This document shows positions 13,337 to 27,599 of a stretch of 64,000 bases of DNA, piece by piece (position 1 is the first letter of the stretch; each line of letters opens with the position of its first letter). The notes below the pieces were generated by a model. The model was not told where the DNA came from. It saw only the letters and a list, made by a program, of their open reading frames with translations, and ran no database searches. Origin of the DNA: the human T2T-CHM13v2.0 reference genome, Homo sapiens; assembly GCF_009914755.1 (NCBI RefSeq), contig NC_060938.1; one strand, 5' to 3'. The translations under genes were made by a program, and so were the position numbers.

Positions 13337-13633
13337 AGTTTGTTTTCTTTGTTTTTTTGGAGGCAGGGTCTCGCTCTGTCACCTAGGCTGGAGTACAGTG
13401 ATGCAATTAGAGCATACTGCAATCTTGAATTCTTGGTGTCAAGAAATCCTCCTTCCTCATCCTCCCAAGTAGCTAGGACTTACAGGTTCATGCCACCATG
13501 CCTGGCTAAATTTTGTAATTTTTGTACAGACAGAGTCTTGCTATGTTGCCCAGGCTTGTCTTGAACTCTTGATCCTCCCGCCTTGGGCTCCCAATGTGCT
13601 AGGGTAACAAATGTGAGCTACCACGCACAGCCC
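13337..13633 (-). mobile_element. AluJ, diverged, with 12-bp TSD
   Basis: GGCAGGGTCTCGCTCTGTCACCTAGGCTGGAG...GTGAGCTACCACGCACAGCC; TSD AAACCCTATTCT at 13325-13336 and 13634-13645. Confidence 0.9.
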
Positions 13634-16154
13634 AAACCCTATTCTTTAGAAAGAAAGCAAGGCTCATCATTACAATTGTTCTTAAATTCGTATAAAATAA
13701 ACGTATCTAATATTCTGAGAGAGCCAGAAACACAGAAGAAAGAAAGGAAAACAAAGAAAAACAGAAGAAAGGAAGGAAAGAAAACAGGAAGAAAAAAGAT
13801 CAAGAGCTGGAAGACATTTCATTTTCACTATAATAAATCTGGACATATCACTGTTGATCTTGATTAAAATAAAAATCTACTTAAAAACATAAACATAGGA
13901 CACCTTCATACATTTCTAACATGGAGCATTTACAACTTTAATAGGTGTGGTCAAGAACAGGAAATAAGCAAGAATTTTGAGAAAAAAGGATTTCTTTTGA
14001 AATTTTAAATCTCTCTTGAAGTTTTCTTTCCTTCATTTTGGTGAGCTTATTTTTTAGAAAAGGGTTTCTGATAGTCTCACTGCTCAAATGTATCATCATT
14101 GATATCTATTAAACTTTATCCAAGTGCTGTAATACAGGACAAGTTAAAGTTGAGATTAATTTTCCTTTCTATTGGTCCTTCCAACTTAGCTAAGTGAGCT
14201 GCCTAAGGGACTGTTAATGCAGTAAGGTGTATGTCTAACTATGCCATTGATATTGATTTGGACATGATTAATTTCAGCAAATGTACTGGGCTAATCATAA
14301 GCATTGTAACACTTAATAATTACAAGATTGACAAATGGTTATCAAAAATTGACTGAACAATGCAATCTAACAGTGACAGCTCTAGAGCTAAGAGATATCA
14401 GAGAATTTTAACCAGAGGATGCTATTCTTATAGAAAAATTAACTGAATGCACAGAATCTACCTTGGATCTCAGAAATCTTCCTAGATTTCCAGAAATAAA
14501 ATTGGAAAACAATTTGGTGAAAGATTATGGGTTGAGCTTGTAAATATATTGTAAAGACAGAGAAATAATCACTCACTTAAGGTTAAGAAATGAATACTAC
14601 TTTATATGACAGACATGGAAAATCATCATTCTCTGAGGAAGCTCTTTATTTTCTTATAATCTACTATCTTCAAGATCCTTTTTACCTTACCCCTTTAAAA
14701 TGAGGCTACCCATATGCACTAGAAATAAATAGTGAGTCTGAAAACATGTATGATCTGTAATAGTGTAACATGACTATTTGTGTCAGCTTTTCAGCATTTG
14801 CTTTTACCCACAATAGGACCATGGATATACTACCATGATAAGACATTGGTAGGAAAACATGGCCATGGTTGGAATTGAAAAAACTGAAGAGGAAGTTGTA
14901 AGTAAGCAGAACTAAACACATGGGAAAGTATTTGGGAGAGAGTGAGAAAGCTGGAATGCAGGTGTATGAAGTGTGGCATGTGAGGGAATGTAGAGGAAAA
15001 TGGCTTTGGAGTGACTTGCCTCCCACAATGTTCAGAGTAGAATTCTAGTTGGTCAATTGATTATGTGACTATATATATGGTTGTGGTCAATGTACCCAAG
15101 TCTCTTAAGATATTAGTGCTGTAATTTTCTGAACAAGAGTTGCTAACCTTTCTCAGATACACTGAAGGTATGATTGATGAAACTGTCCCCAAAGCAACTT
15201 GAACATGTGATTTCCTCCTTTTAATTGCTTTTTTTTTAAAGGAAAGGAATTAAGGCAAAAATAGTGATTATATCTTAAAGTCTTAAAACATGTGTGACCA
15301 AACAAACCATATTGGAATCATCTATACAAAAATGTAGTATAAAGTTTTAGCCTTAGAAAATAGTCAGGATTTTTTATGCTTATTATTACTTGCTGATAAT
15401 AGTAAATTATTTATCATATAAAGGATAAATATGAAATAGCAGATTTTTTTCTAGAAAAAAAGACACGATGTGCATTGTGGTCATTTTTATTGGTAAAAAA
15501 TTTGTCTCTGAAATTTTCTAGCACAATTCCTGTCATAGAGTAGCACTTAATGGATATTTGCTGACTGAATAAATGGATAAAAAAGGAAAGCTGTTTATTT
15601 CTATTTAAAAATGAGAAAAGTCCAGCTTTTTGTCTAGTCTCCTTTACAGCAAATACATGTTCTCATAGCATGGTCCCCACTCGTTTGGGAAGTTTTTACC
15701 ACAAAGAGCTTCCCATCAATCCATAAAGGGGTAGAAAAACAGAAGGGGGAATAAGTATGGAAAGCTATAGAGACATACGGGGGTGAAAATTCTAGATGGA
15801 AATAGGCCAGCAAAGCTGGGCTGAGTCGTTCACCATGAACATGTGTTTTCCTGCGAAAGGTGAGATTACATGAGGAACATATGATTCTGCTATGGCCCGG
15901 CATTGATATCATTCTGTATTTCATTTTTCTCACCCTCAACCTAGGCAAAGAGAAAGTGCTTGCTGACAAACAGGAGAGTTATTTGAGAAATGACAAACCA
16001 ATTTCTACAACAACCTCCCTCACTCTTTCCCATTCTTAACAAAGAAATATTTGTCCTAACTTTGGGTTGGAAAGTAGGATGCAGAGAGTAGCTAGCCTGC
16101 AAAGACTTTTCAAACTGTGTGGATACTGTTTTTATTTTCTTTTTACGATAAACT

Positions 16155-16365
16155 GCAATGCTCAGCCTGGGGCACTTTTGTCCCCCAGGGGATCTTTGGC
16201 GATGTCTGCAGACATTTTGGTTGTTATACCCAGAGGAGCACTATTGATATCTAGTGGGTAGAGGCTAGGGGTACAGCTGGATCTCCTACAATGCACAGGA
16301 TAGCTCAGGCAAAAAGAAATTATCTGACACTAAATGTCAACAGTGCTGAGGGTTCGTTCACCCTA
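16155..16365 (+). mobile_element. MER20 (hAT-Charlie) DNA transposon relic
   Basis: CCCCCAGGGGATCTTTGGCGATGTCTGCAGACATTTTGG...ATCTAGTGGGTAGAGGC...CCTACAATGCACAGGA...AAATGTCAACAGTGCTGAGG. Confidence 0.85.
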
Positions 16366-18886
16366 AGCTAGAGTGAATGAACTCCCTGGAAATCAAGACA
16401 TTTAAACCCAGTGGAAGCACTTGAAACATTTCTGCCTGTCTCACAGTCTTGACTGGATAACTATGTTTCTCATTATTAAAGTCTTTTCAAAAAGGATATG
16501 TTGCCAGTGCTCAGTGAACAAACTGAGGCATATGGCAGTTACAAGAGATAGGAATCAACTTTGGCACCTCACAATATTGTGGCTGGTTTTGTTTGTCAAA
16601 TTATCATTGGACTTGAAAGTCTAATGTGACATTTGCATTTGTGCAACATATCATTTGCAGAAGTGGTGTCTGGATTTTAGTAACTTACAGTATATAGGCC
16701 ATCAGGATATCCTATCCCTTCTAGACATGGTGTTCCATTTGTAATAAGCTATGTGGTTGAAGATAAATGATGGGGTTCAAAGTAAACTAAATACATTATT
16801 TTGGCAGAATTCCTTTGAGTAACAGTTGTGCAATACTGTTCAAATTGGAAACTGCCAGAATATTTTCTTTTTTTTTTTTCTTTAAAAAGTGTGACAGGCT
16901 TCCTCCCTCTGTGCCATATTTTGATTTTTAGTCTGATGTGGTCTGCTGTTATTCGACTGCTTATATTTGCTTCACAATGAGATGCTGCCACATCATAAAA
17001 TACATCTGCGTAAAAGATTCATCATAAATAAAGCACTTTACATAATAACAATAGAAAAACTTCTTTCCCAGGGGAGTTGGTATAGAGTGGATGGAGATGC
17101 TTATGGATAAGGTGCTACAAGAAAACATGGGTACACTCACATAGGGGTTAGTAGAAGATAACAGTACCTTACTCCAATGTCTGCCTTCCTGAAAGCAGAT
17201 CACCTGAAATGTTAAGAAAGTGATGAGAACTCCTTGATTTATTCAAAACATCTGACTCCAAAAGACAAAAATAGGGGAATTTCAAGTCCTTAAGAAAAAG
17301 TGTTTTTGCCTGTTTAATAAAGGTGAAGTTTTAAGTATGTTATGAATTCTAATGCCCATAAAAGTGGAAGTGTCTTTGTTATTTTGTCTACCTATAGATA
17401 TCTAGATGCAGATATAAATATAGATCTAGATAATATAGACGTAGACACACTTACTACAGTCTGATATGCCTCATGCAAGTTCACAGTAGAGACTGTGACA
17501 GCGACACTCTCGGGACTCTTGTCTTCTTCATACATTGTTATAAGAAAATGGGCTGTTCTTAAAGCTGAGATCTGAAAATGTCTTAAGCAGGACTAGGTGT
17601 CCTTTTTTGGCCATGATGATTTATAAACAGTCCTGAAATACACAGGTTTTCCTGCAGGCGCACCCGTAATCAGAAGCCCAGCAGCAACCAGCCTGAGGCA
17701 TTTGTCTTTCATTCATGTGGATGCAAGTATACACTGTTGTTGAGGATGCTGGCATCTTTTTCAAAATTGTATTTTAAATTTTGAATAATATTTTCACATT
17801 TCATTTCATTGTCTCCTGTCTCTTCTCCTTCCTCTCTTTGGGGAATGTTTAGCCAGAAACAGGAAGGCTGGTAATAAGGAAAATAAGACTCTAATCCATA
17901 CGTGTATTTTTGTTAATTTAAGGAATGGCTTCATTTGTTTACTATCTTCTCTTTCATGTTTCTCTGCCAGGGAATTTAAAAATCTTCTATTTAGATTTCC
18001 AAATCAGATACCTGGATGTCATCTTGATTTATATTCTCTTCCAGTTAACCCTTGCATTCAGTCAGTTACCAAGTACAGGTAGATCTTCTTTCCAATCTTT
18101 CTCCTTTTAGTGTCCTTCCTAGAAGTGGAACTAAAATGGGCATCTTTGATGAAAAGGTATGACAGCCATTGATACTTGGGCCATCTTAGCTGTAGAAGCA
18201 TGTAAATTACCTGCAGTTGAGATGATGCATGGACAGATTATTACAAATCGAATCACTTCTGTATTTATAAGGACAATAAGCAAAATTACCCTGCTAATCA
18301 GGCATGCTAATCATTGGGAAAATTTTATATTTAGGAAACATCTAGATCTCTACTATATATAATACATAACTCTTTTTAAGTAACATTTATACACACATGC
18401 ACAAAAGAGCCTAGGCTGAAAATTTGCAAATGAAATTCATTATTGTTAGCAAAGATTTCTATCTCCAATACACTACACAAAACTTTGTGTAATTATATAA
18501 TGTATATTGACCAATAAGATAATGTGACACTATTGTATTATTCCTTATTCATTCGATAAATTGTGTCTGCTTCATTTGCGGTAGATAGCTTTGTTTTGAG
18601 AAAATTTTATTGAGGATATTTTGTTTCTTTTTTGCAAATATGTGAACCAAGGGAAACGCAGAAAGGGTATGCCCCAATTCTATTCCCAGGTACATACCAA
18701 CAAGTCCAAGCTCCTCTTTCCATTAATGGCCAGCAGATACAGCTTTGGACTAATATAATAAATACAGAAAAGAATATAAGTTGACTCTTGGATCTTTTTC
18801 TAAAATGGAAGTCTTACATTAAAGGTGATAATATGGTTAGCACCAAAATACATGTGTAGTTCTCTACTAAGCAGTGTAGATTACAT

Positions 18887-19095
18887 AAGGGTTTCTCAGT
18901 CTTGGCACTATTAACATTTAGGGCCAGATAATTTTATTGAGGTGGGGCAGTATCCTGCTTATTATAGGACATTTAGAAGCACCACTGAATGCTACCCACC
19001 AGATGCCAGTTGCATCTACCTCCATGATGACATAAAAAACTTCTTCAGACATTGGCAAATGTCTGCTGAGGCACAAAAACAAGTTGACAACGACG
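18887..19095 (-). mobile_element. MER20 DNA transposon relic
   Basis: AGGGTTTCTCAGTCTTGGCACTATTAACATTT...CTACCCACCAGATGCCAG...CAGACATTGGCAAATGTC, the reverse complement of MER20. Confidence 0.85.
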
Positions 19096-19173
19096 AATTT
19101 ATGTCAAAGTAGGAAATAGTCTCAGTCTACAAAAAGCCCATAAACTCACTGTGGAAAGACAACATACATATAC

Positions 19174-19519
<346 letters not shown>

Positions 19520-19662
19520 TTAATGTACAATATATGTACAATTGCTCTTAACAAATCCTAGTCCATATAGATATGAAGCCACATATGTCAACCTAGAGAT
19601 TACAAATATTAAAGGATAAAAGGAGAGCAAGTTGGGAGTTCACCATGCCTTGGGCTGTGATG

Positions 19663-19850
19663 CAATACTTCTCAAACTTTAGAGTATGTGTCTGAATCAC
19701 CTGGAAAGCTCCTTAAAACCCAAATCACTGGACTCTACCCCCCCAAGTTCTGACTCATTTGGCCTGAGTGAAGGCCTAGAAATTACAACTCTAACAAGTT
19801 CTCAGGTGAAATTGATGCTGTGCATCCCAGACACATTATGAGAACCACTG
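19663..19850 (-). mobile_element. MER5A DNA transposon relic
   Basis: TTCTCAAACTTTAG...GAATCACCTGGA...CTAACAAGTTCTCAGGTGA...TGAGAACCACTG; ~188 bp. Confidence 0.8.
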
Positions 19851-19957
19851 AGTTAAGAAATCAATAAGTTAAAAGGATAGCTTAAATGAAAAAAACTTAT
19901 GCTTCAACACTTGTATAAAATTAGCCCTGAAATGGAAGAAATGAGGGTTTTAATCAG

Positions 19958-20320
19958 TGTATTAGTTCATTTTCAATCTACTGATAAAGACATACCCAAG
20001 ACTGGGAAATTTACAAAGAAAAGAGGTTTAATGAACTTACTGTTCCACATGGCCAAGGAGGCCTCACAATCATGGTTGTAAACAAGGAGGAGAAAGTCAT
20101 ATCTTGGATGGTGGCAAGCAAAGAGAGAGAACTTGTGCAGGGAAACTCCCATTTTTAAAAGCATCAGATCTCGTGAGACTTATTCACTATCTGAGAACAG
20201 CATGGGGAAGACCCGCCCCCATAATTCAATTATCTCCCACCAGTTCCCTCCCACAACACGTGGGAATTATGAGAGCTACAAGACAAGATTTGGATGGGGA
20301 CACAGAGCCAAACCATATCA
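19958..20320 (-). mobile_element. Solo MaLR LTR, THE1A/B
   Basis: TGTATTAGT...AAAGACATACCCAAGACTGGG...GGGGACACAGAGCCAAACCATATCA, 363 bp; perfect TSD ATCAG (19953-19957 / 20321-20325). Confidence 0.92.
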
Positions 20321-21115
20321 ATCAGTAAATATATGAATATATTATTCACAATGTTTACAACTGTATGCTCCAGGTACATAATGCAACTTTATCTCTGAAA
20401 ATATTATTAACATAAACACTGTATACATGTTATATCCAACTCAGGTTCTGAGAAAACTGGAAAGAACCCAGCGCATTATAGGAATTCAATAAAGGTTGAC
20501 TCATAAAATTAATTGCCTAAAGTTTCAAAGGCATGTTCTTTCTGCTGTGATTTAAAGCATAGTTTGCTTTCTACATTGCTATTGTGGGAATATTTTCATT
20601 CACTACACCCTTGAATTATTTGTGTTCATTTTATAGGGTAGGTAGGAGCATACCTATTTTTGTCTTAAACTCAGTCTAACTCTTCTAACAGGAAAGAAGC
20701 CACAAACATCATTCTCCTCAGAGCTGGCCATTGCTGGGCAATGGATGAAATCCTGTGTACAATTTGCTAGTCTCTTTAGTAAGTCGTGTTTTTGTCTTCT
20801 TGGAATCCTCCCTTCCTTGGTAGTTATAGTTATTTTGTGGACTCTACATGCCTGCCTCCTCACCCAAAATCTTCTAGGAAACAATGAAAATAATTTGCCC
20901 AGTGTTGGTTAGATGTTTAATAACTGACTAAAATTACCAAGCTTATTTGACATGAAGTATTGACAAAAGATGTCTCTCATTTAGGGGATATTTTCAACTT
21001 AAGACTGTTGGCAGTTTTCTGCACAGGTCTCTCTGTTCTGCTTGGTGTTTCACTTCTTATAATATCATCTGCCTCTCCATTCATTTCATCAACATGTCTG
21101 TCATCAAATGATCCC

Positions 21116-21407
21116 TGTATTAGTACATTCTCACACTGCTATAAAGATACTACCTGAGACTGGGTAATTCACAAAGGAAAGAGGTTTAATTGACTCACAC
21201 TTCGGCATGGCTGGGGAGCCCTCAGCATACTTGCAATTTTGGCAGAAAGTTTAGGAGAAGCAAACACCTTCTCCACAAGGTGGCAGGAGAGAGAGAGAGT
21301 GAAGGGGAAATATGATCCAATCACCTCCCACCAGGTCTCTCCCTGGACACATGGGGATTACAATTCAAGATGAGATTTGGGTGGGGACACAAAGCCAAAC
21401 CATATTA
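21116..21407 (-). mobile_element. Solo MaLR LTR, MSTA-like, internally deleted
   Basis: Both ends present, 292 bp, central part missing near 21310; perfect TSD ATCCC (21111-21115 / 21408-21412). Confidence 0.88.
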
Positions 21408-24104
21408 ATCCCCCTCCTTTATGGACTACACTCTTATTTCTTAAAACTCCTATGCTAGCCATGCTCAGCAAAATGACTCATGGCTCTCCTCATTAACCAG
21501 AAACCCCAGACACAATTCTATTAAAGCTATGTTCTTACCTCTTAATCAAATTTAAACCATTTCTCAGGCTCTTTCCTAGACTTTTCTTTTACATAAATTC
21601 AGTGGCCATAGGCCCTGGATTATTTTGGAATCACTTGGTTTTTCCAATCTGTTGCCTTCATGATAATCTTTCAACCATTATTTCCAAAGTAGATTCCACG
21701 AGACTTTTCTTAAAAGATACACATTGTATCTTTTTATATAGGATTTATAAAGGAATCAGTTTTAATCCTTGGTCACACTCTGCTTTGCATTATTTACTGT
21801 GTGTGAGCCTTCTCTTTGCAAAAGGATTGTGGACTAGCTCTGATCAAGGCCTATATTTTACACACAGTTTTTATAGCATCTTGCTCATTGCACAGTTAAG
21901 AGTTTAGTAAACATTTGCCAATTCAGTAAGTGCAACTCTCAACTATATTTGCATTAAATTTTAGTTCTTCTTCATTTAAATAAATGAGGTACCAATAATA
22001 ATCAAATGAGGGAAGATTTTTTGGATCAGAACTAATTCCAGATCACCATTATATTACATCATTAAATCTGTCTACATGTATACTTAGTCCTGGGTGCTTA
22101 CATATTATTTAATTAGTGCTTCTATGTTTCATATAGGATAGAGCTTTTCATTATTTTAATTTCTTAGTAGTTAACTTTGCAGTCTAGATTGAGCCCTTCC
22201 CTATGCTTGAATATCAGTTGTTTGCATGTGTGTGTGCATGGGTATGCACATTACCGATAGATGAAAGATGAAAAGGGTGAAAGGGGAGGGAATCTCAACA
22301 TCCATGGGAGGATCCAGGAATGTTTGGACTGCAAAGTAGAGCTTGGAAACATTTGTCTCATGTAGACTTGGGTTTAGATTTAATGAGATAATTTTCCACC
22401 TAGGATTTACTGGCTTTCAGACCCTTGGGGAGCTTTATGTTTTAGGCAGTGAATTGTCTGACCAAGACTGATAATCTGATTTATTACAAATATTATTCTA
22501 CACAAACGTTAGAAATTTAAGTGGAATATCATCTAGGGCTGGCTTTCTGCCAATTTGGAAAAAGAATAATAATGAAGTGAATGTTTAGTATTTATTGCAG
22601 TAGGCTTATCATCAAAGCTGACTGAGTAGACAGCAATAGAAAATTCCATCCCAGAGTTTCTCCCGTAAATGATTACTCTGAGGTATTATTTTGGATATCA
22701 AAATCTACTGGTGGCAAGGTTATACGTTTTTTTAAAAAAGGAATGAACTGAAAAACAGTATGGTATAGTTCAACAATTACTGGAATAGAAGTTTGTTTTC
22801 TACTCACTCGCGAGATGTCTCATTGCTCTGCATATATCTACCCACCTTTATCCTAGGATAGTTATAATATAGGTCCTATCAATAACATAAGCTTTCTGGA
22901 ATAATCAGTGAAAATGTCTGTGGTCATGCAAGACAAAATATATTTATTGTGAATTAACATAACTTGCACACAACATTGGATGGCCTATTTTTAATCAGGA
23001 AATAACTATAGTGGGCAAAAGGCTTTGTCAGTTCCAAAGAACACAGTCCACAGTAGTCATTGTAGTAAAATAGGCAAGTAATTAAGCAGAAAAAACTTAT
23101 TAGAATCCATAAGCTTGGTACTAAAAGCAATCTGGCTGCTGGGTCTTGATAAATAAAACCCCCTCCCAAATGCAGATGGCCAGGCAGAAACTCTTTGGAT
23201 GCGGTTCTATTTAAATTTGACAGCCTATTTGAAAGTGACTGCCTGAGATCCACACCCCAAATTTAATTACCACTGCATCTGTTGTGATGCGGCTTGTGAT
23301 GAACAAGCTGCCACTACTATGTTGTTGTAGAGGTTGTTGCCTCCCCTCATTTATCCTCAGGCAGTGGCTTCACACGCAGTCTGGCTGGCCATCACGCTTA
23401 GCCTGTTAGATTCCTGCCAGGCTTCATCTTGCAGCAAATACTGGCTGTTGGCTGAAACAGAAGCTGAGAGAGCGGTTCCTGTTACCCATCCGCCAGTCTC
23501 TCTCTGCAGGAGTGGGGAAATAGTAGGAGCAACACTGACTCAGTCACAAAATGTGTTCAGTCATCAATCCAACTGCATGATCTTCCTGAATGGTTTTGCC
23601 AGTTGCCAATTTTATGATGATCTGTGAGAGCGTTTGGTTATCTTTCCCCCTTCCCTCTTTTCCTCCCTCCCCCTTTCTTCTCTTTCCTTCTCCTCCTCTT
23701 TCTTTCTTTCTTTCTTTTTTTTTTCTTGATTTCATAGGCAGTTCCTTATTTTCTATATACATATACATAGACTAAGTAGGCACTTAGGAAATTTTTAACT
23801 TCCTATTTCACCTTTCTGTTTTTTAACTTCCTGATACCATTTGTTTTGACATTAAAGGATACCTTGCCTCTTTGGCTGTCCAATACATAATTTAGCTACA
23901 CAAGGGACACAGCCTATTTAATGAGGCTTTTTTATTCATTTCCAATCAGGTCCTAATTCCAGGACAAAGTTTATTAAGCCTGGATTCCTAAAATCATCCG
24001 AAAGTTATCAGAAAGACTTCATTTCTATTCATAGTCCTACTCTAAGAAGTATTTTTGGCAATGAATCCCAGCATAACACTGCACCAAGATGCTGCATCAA
24101 GATA

Positions 24105-24242
24105 CTGTAATCCCAGCTACTTGGGAGGCTGAGGCATGAGAATCACTGGAATCCGGGAAGTGGAGGTTTCAGTGAGCCGAGATCATGCCACTGTACTGCA
24201 GCCTGGGCCACAGAGCGAGACTCCGTCTCAGGAAAAAAAAAA
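24105..24242 (+). mobile_element. 5'-truncated Alu (right monomer only)
   Basis: CTGTAATCCCAGCTACTTGGGAGGCTGAGG...GAGACTCCGTCTC plus A-tail; ATACTGTA repeated on both sides. Confidence 0.9.
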
Positions 24243-24252
24243 TACTGTATCC

Positions 24253-24613
24253 AAAAAAAAGAGAAAGAAATAAAGGAAGCAAGAGAGAAGGAAGGGAGGG
24301 AGGGAGGGAGGAAGGAAGGAAGAAAGGAAGGGAGGGAGGGAGGGAGGGAGGGAGGAAGGAAGGAAGAAAGGGAGGGAGGGAGGGAGGAAGGAAGGAAGGA
24401 AGGAAGGAAGGAAGGAAGGAAGGAAGGAAGGGAGGGAGGGAGGGAGGGAGGGAGGGAGGAAGGAAGGAAGAAAGGGAGGGAGGGAGGGAGGGAGGGAGGA
24501 AGGAAGGAAGAAAGGAAGGGAGGGAAGGAGGGAGGGAGGGAGGGAGGAAGGAAGGAAGGAAGGAAGGAAGGAAGGAAGGAAGGAAGGAAGGAAGGAAGAA
24601 AAAAAAAGGGAAA
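24253..24613. repeat. (GGAA)n/(GGGA)n polypurine tract
   Basis: Pure GGAA runs of 11 units (24386-24429) and 13 units (24546-24597) interleaved with GGGA runs. Confidence 0.95.
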
Positions 24614-25899
24614 TGAACCATCGGGACATAAAGTGAAAATCATTCTCAAAGTAAGTTTAGTACTTCAACAAATGTCTCCAGGAAGTAATAATTTGCCTGT
24701 GTATCTTTTGTCTAAGTCATCTAGGAGAAGATGAATTCTGTGTCAGACATCGCGGTGGTCCCTTTGTGTATATAATTTATATAATCTTCACCGCAAAACA
24801 TCAACATGATATTGATGATCATGCCCAATTTGCAGGAGAAAAGTGAAGCTAGAGAAGGAAAGTTACTTGCCCAAGCTTACATAGGCTGCAAATTCGTAAG
24901 TGGCTTGCAAATGCAGGTCATCTTTCCTCTCTATCTCACTGTCTTTTGGATATTTTACGTGCACACTGATGTTTGGATTGCATATGTGTTCATGTTAACT
25001 ATACTTTCTGTACAATTTGAGCCCCAAATAGTTTTAATTAAATTCTTTTCTATAAACAGTTGAAAATACTTAGGCTTTCCTCCTTCACTGGTAGGATTAT
25101 AGAACTAATTAGGAAAGGCCAGAAGTTCACGTCGTAGTAGGCTTTGCTCCTGCAGAATCATAAACTGCTCCCCAAACCTTGTACACCATTGTCCATGTTC
25201 TGCAAGGAAGTTAGACAAGAAGGCAAGGCCAAACCAAAGCCAATTGTTGCTATGTTAAAAAACAGCTGGAAGTTTCCATCATGCTGAAAGTATGTTTAGT
25301 AGTATCTCAACTGCCCAGAGGAACAAAAACATTTATCACTTACAGAAATTCTTACCTCTAAGAATACATTAAGTGGTGTTTCTCTTTACAAATGATTGGT
25401 CTCAGCATATTCTTAGATATTTCTCATTTCGCCAAATTATTTCCTCCAATATGTTACACAGTTTTTTAAAAAACTTGCTCATTGCATTCAATTATTTAGT
25501 CTACACTCTGGGAAGTGAAAAGCAATCATGTTGGTGTTTGATTTAAATAAAATGTTTTTGGAATAAAATTAGAAGAACAAGTTGATTTTCATCACCTTAT
25601 ATTTGTTGAATAAAGTGGCAATGCTCTTTATTTTACTTATGTAGGTGCAGTCTAAATCTGCTTTTATTTAAAAAGTCATTTGCCCCCCATCAATTGAGAA
25701 TAATTTGGGCTGTATATGAAATAATTATGACTGACATTTTCAGAATTTCTAACAACAGGATCTTCAGAAATAATTTGGCAAAATGCAATTAAGAACTAAG
25801 CTAGTTTTTGTTTGTTTCATTTTTGTAGTCATTAAAGGTCCCTAAGACTGCTGAAAAGATGATATCACTTAATAACTATGGACAAAAAAAAAAAAAAAC

Positions 25900-26105
25900 G
25901 ACTTGGAGTCAGACAAATCTAGCTTTTAATTCTTGCTTCTCCAGTTAACAAGGATGAAGTCTTAGGCAAGTTATTTCACCTCCCTAACCACACTTCAGCA
26001 CTTGTTGAATGGGGATGGTGCTCTTATTTTATATCTGTTGTAAGGATTACATGAGATAATATAGGGAAAGTGCTAAGCAAAATAAATTAAGCAATCAATA
26101 TACAT
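25900..26105 (+). mobile_element. MIR SINE
   Basis: TTGGAGTCAGAC...CTTAGGCAAGTTATTTCACCTC...AATGGGGAT...GTAAGGATTACATGAGATAAT. Confidence 0.75.
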
Positions 26106-27599
26106 TTCTTATAATGATAGTACAATTTTCTCTGGTTAGGTGACTTTTGGGGATGGGGTAAGAAAGATCTGTATTTGTTGCATTGATATACAGCTACTGG
26201 CTCCATGATCTTGATGATGATTATGCTGGCGGGATAAACCCCTCTGTCACAGCATTATGCTTTTCTTTTCAGTTTTCTTTTCTGTCTCTCAGGGTTATCA
26301 TCCATTATCTATTGCTGATTTCATTGCGATAGTTACATGTTGTGCTCTCCTAATATTACTGCTTACTCATGATACATACAAGACCGTCAACATACAAAAC
26401 TAATGACAATAAGAAACAGAATTAAATACAGCATGTAGGAGACAGAAAATAAAATTTCTGACTTCTGTTTTCAGATCAGTCATTGAATTGTTACTTGAAA
26501 GTAGACATTCTTCGAGGGAACTCGATAGGAAGCTATCTTTCAGAAATGCTATCCTCATGATCAGATCTGTTTTTAAGCTTACAAAAGCAGTTTTGTAACT
26601 TCCATAGTTTGTATATTTTTTCAAAATAACTGCATTGACTGGGGCTTCACTTGTATTCTGTGACATTTTCCTTCCCCCAGAGTAATATGGAAGCAGTTAC
26701 CTTACACAATAGAAGCCTAAGTGTAGAGTAAAGCTGTTACATTCAGAGTACCAGAGAAGAAGGACACCAAACTAACAAAACGTATTTTGTTTTTCATAAG
26801 AGATTTACTGCACATTTCTAAGAATAGGAATAGTAAAGCATGAAAAAAAAGTGTTTGTTCCAACTTGAGAGGCTTGAATGATAATATCATAATAGTATTT
26901 TAATTTATATTAGATCTCTTTATTATAAAAATGAGTACATAGTTATGATTATTTAAAATCATTGAGTATAAGTGACATATGCATGTCATGATAATTGTAC
27001 ATGGTAATTGTGAGTGGGAAGAGTATTGTTGCAATACAAAAAGATTAAGAAGATCCAAATATTTTATACAACAGGTTATAACCAAAGGATATTGAACAAA
27101 TTGTATCATATTTTCTATATCTAAGATGACTGACCTAAAATATTTCAGTGAACCGAAAGTGCATTATCTCATTTTTAAATTAGTGAACCATTTTTAAAAA
27201 ATCCATAGAGATTCCTTGCTACCAACCTGATTTGATATCTTTCTCTTATTTCTATTTAAGTAATCTTTTAACCAACAAATGTCCCTAGGATTCAGCTTAA
27301 ACGAGGCTGACATCATAATAATAGTATGATTATGTGATGGCCGTAATAGAAAATATTTTGTAATAACATAATATATGTATAATAAAATATAATAGTAAAT
27401 AATTTTGAGCTGTTACTAAAACTCAGGGGCTGTGTTATGAACACTTAAGGTGTTATCTGATTTAACTTTATGGTGTAAATATGAACATAATCCCATGAAA
27501 CATTGTATTTTGTAGAAAGCCTTCACCTTTCGTTTTTCTTTTTAATAGATATATTAGGATAAACCACCTACCATATGATTCACCCATTTAAACTGGTAG

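Noticed and set aside
14200-14400. Possible CR1/L3 fragment
   Set aside because: Similarity too faint to support without an alignment.
16155-19095. Inverted MER20 pair as a composite transposon or dsRNA stem
   Set aside because: Independent, highly diverged copies about 2.5 kb apart with no shared TSD.
24143-24649. Four overlapping 133-168 aa ORFs
   Set aside because: GGAA/GGGA repeat plus Alu read-through.
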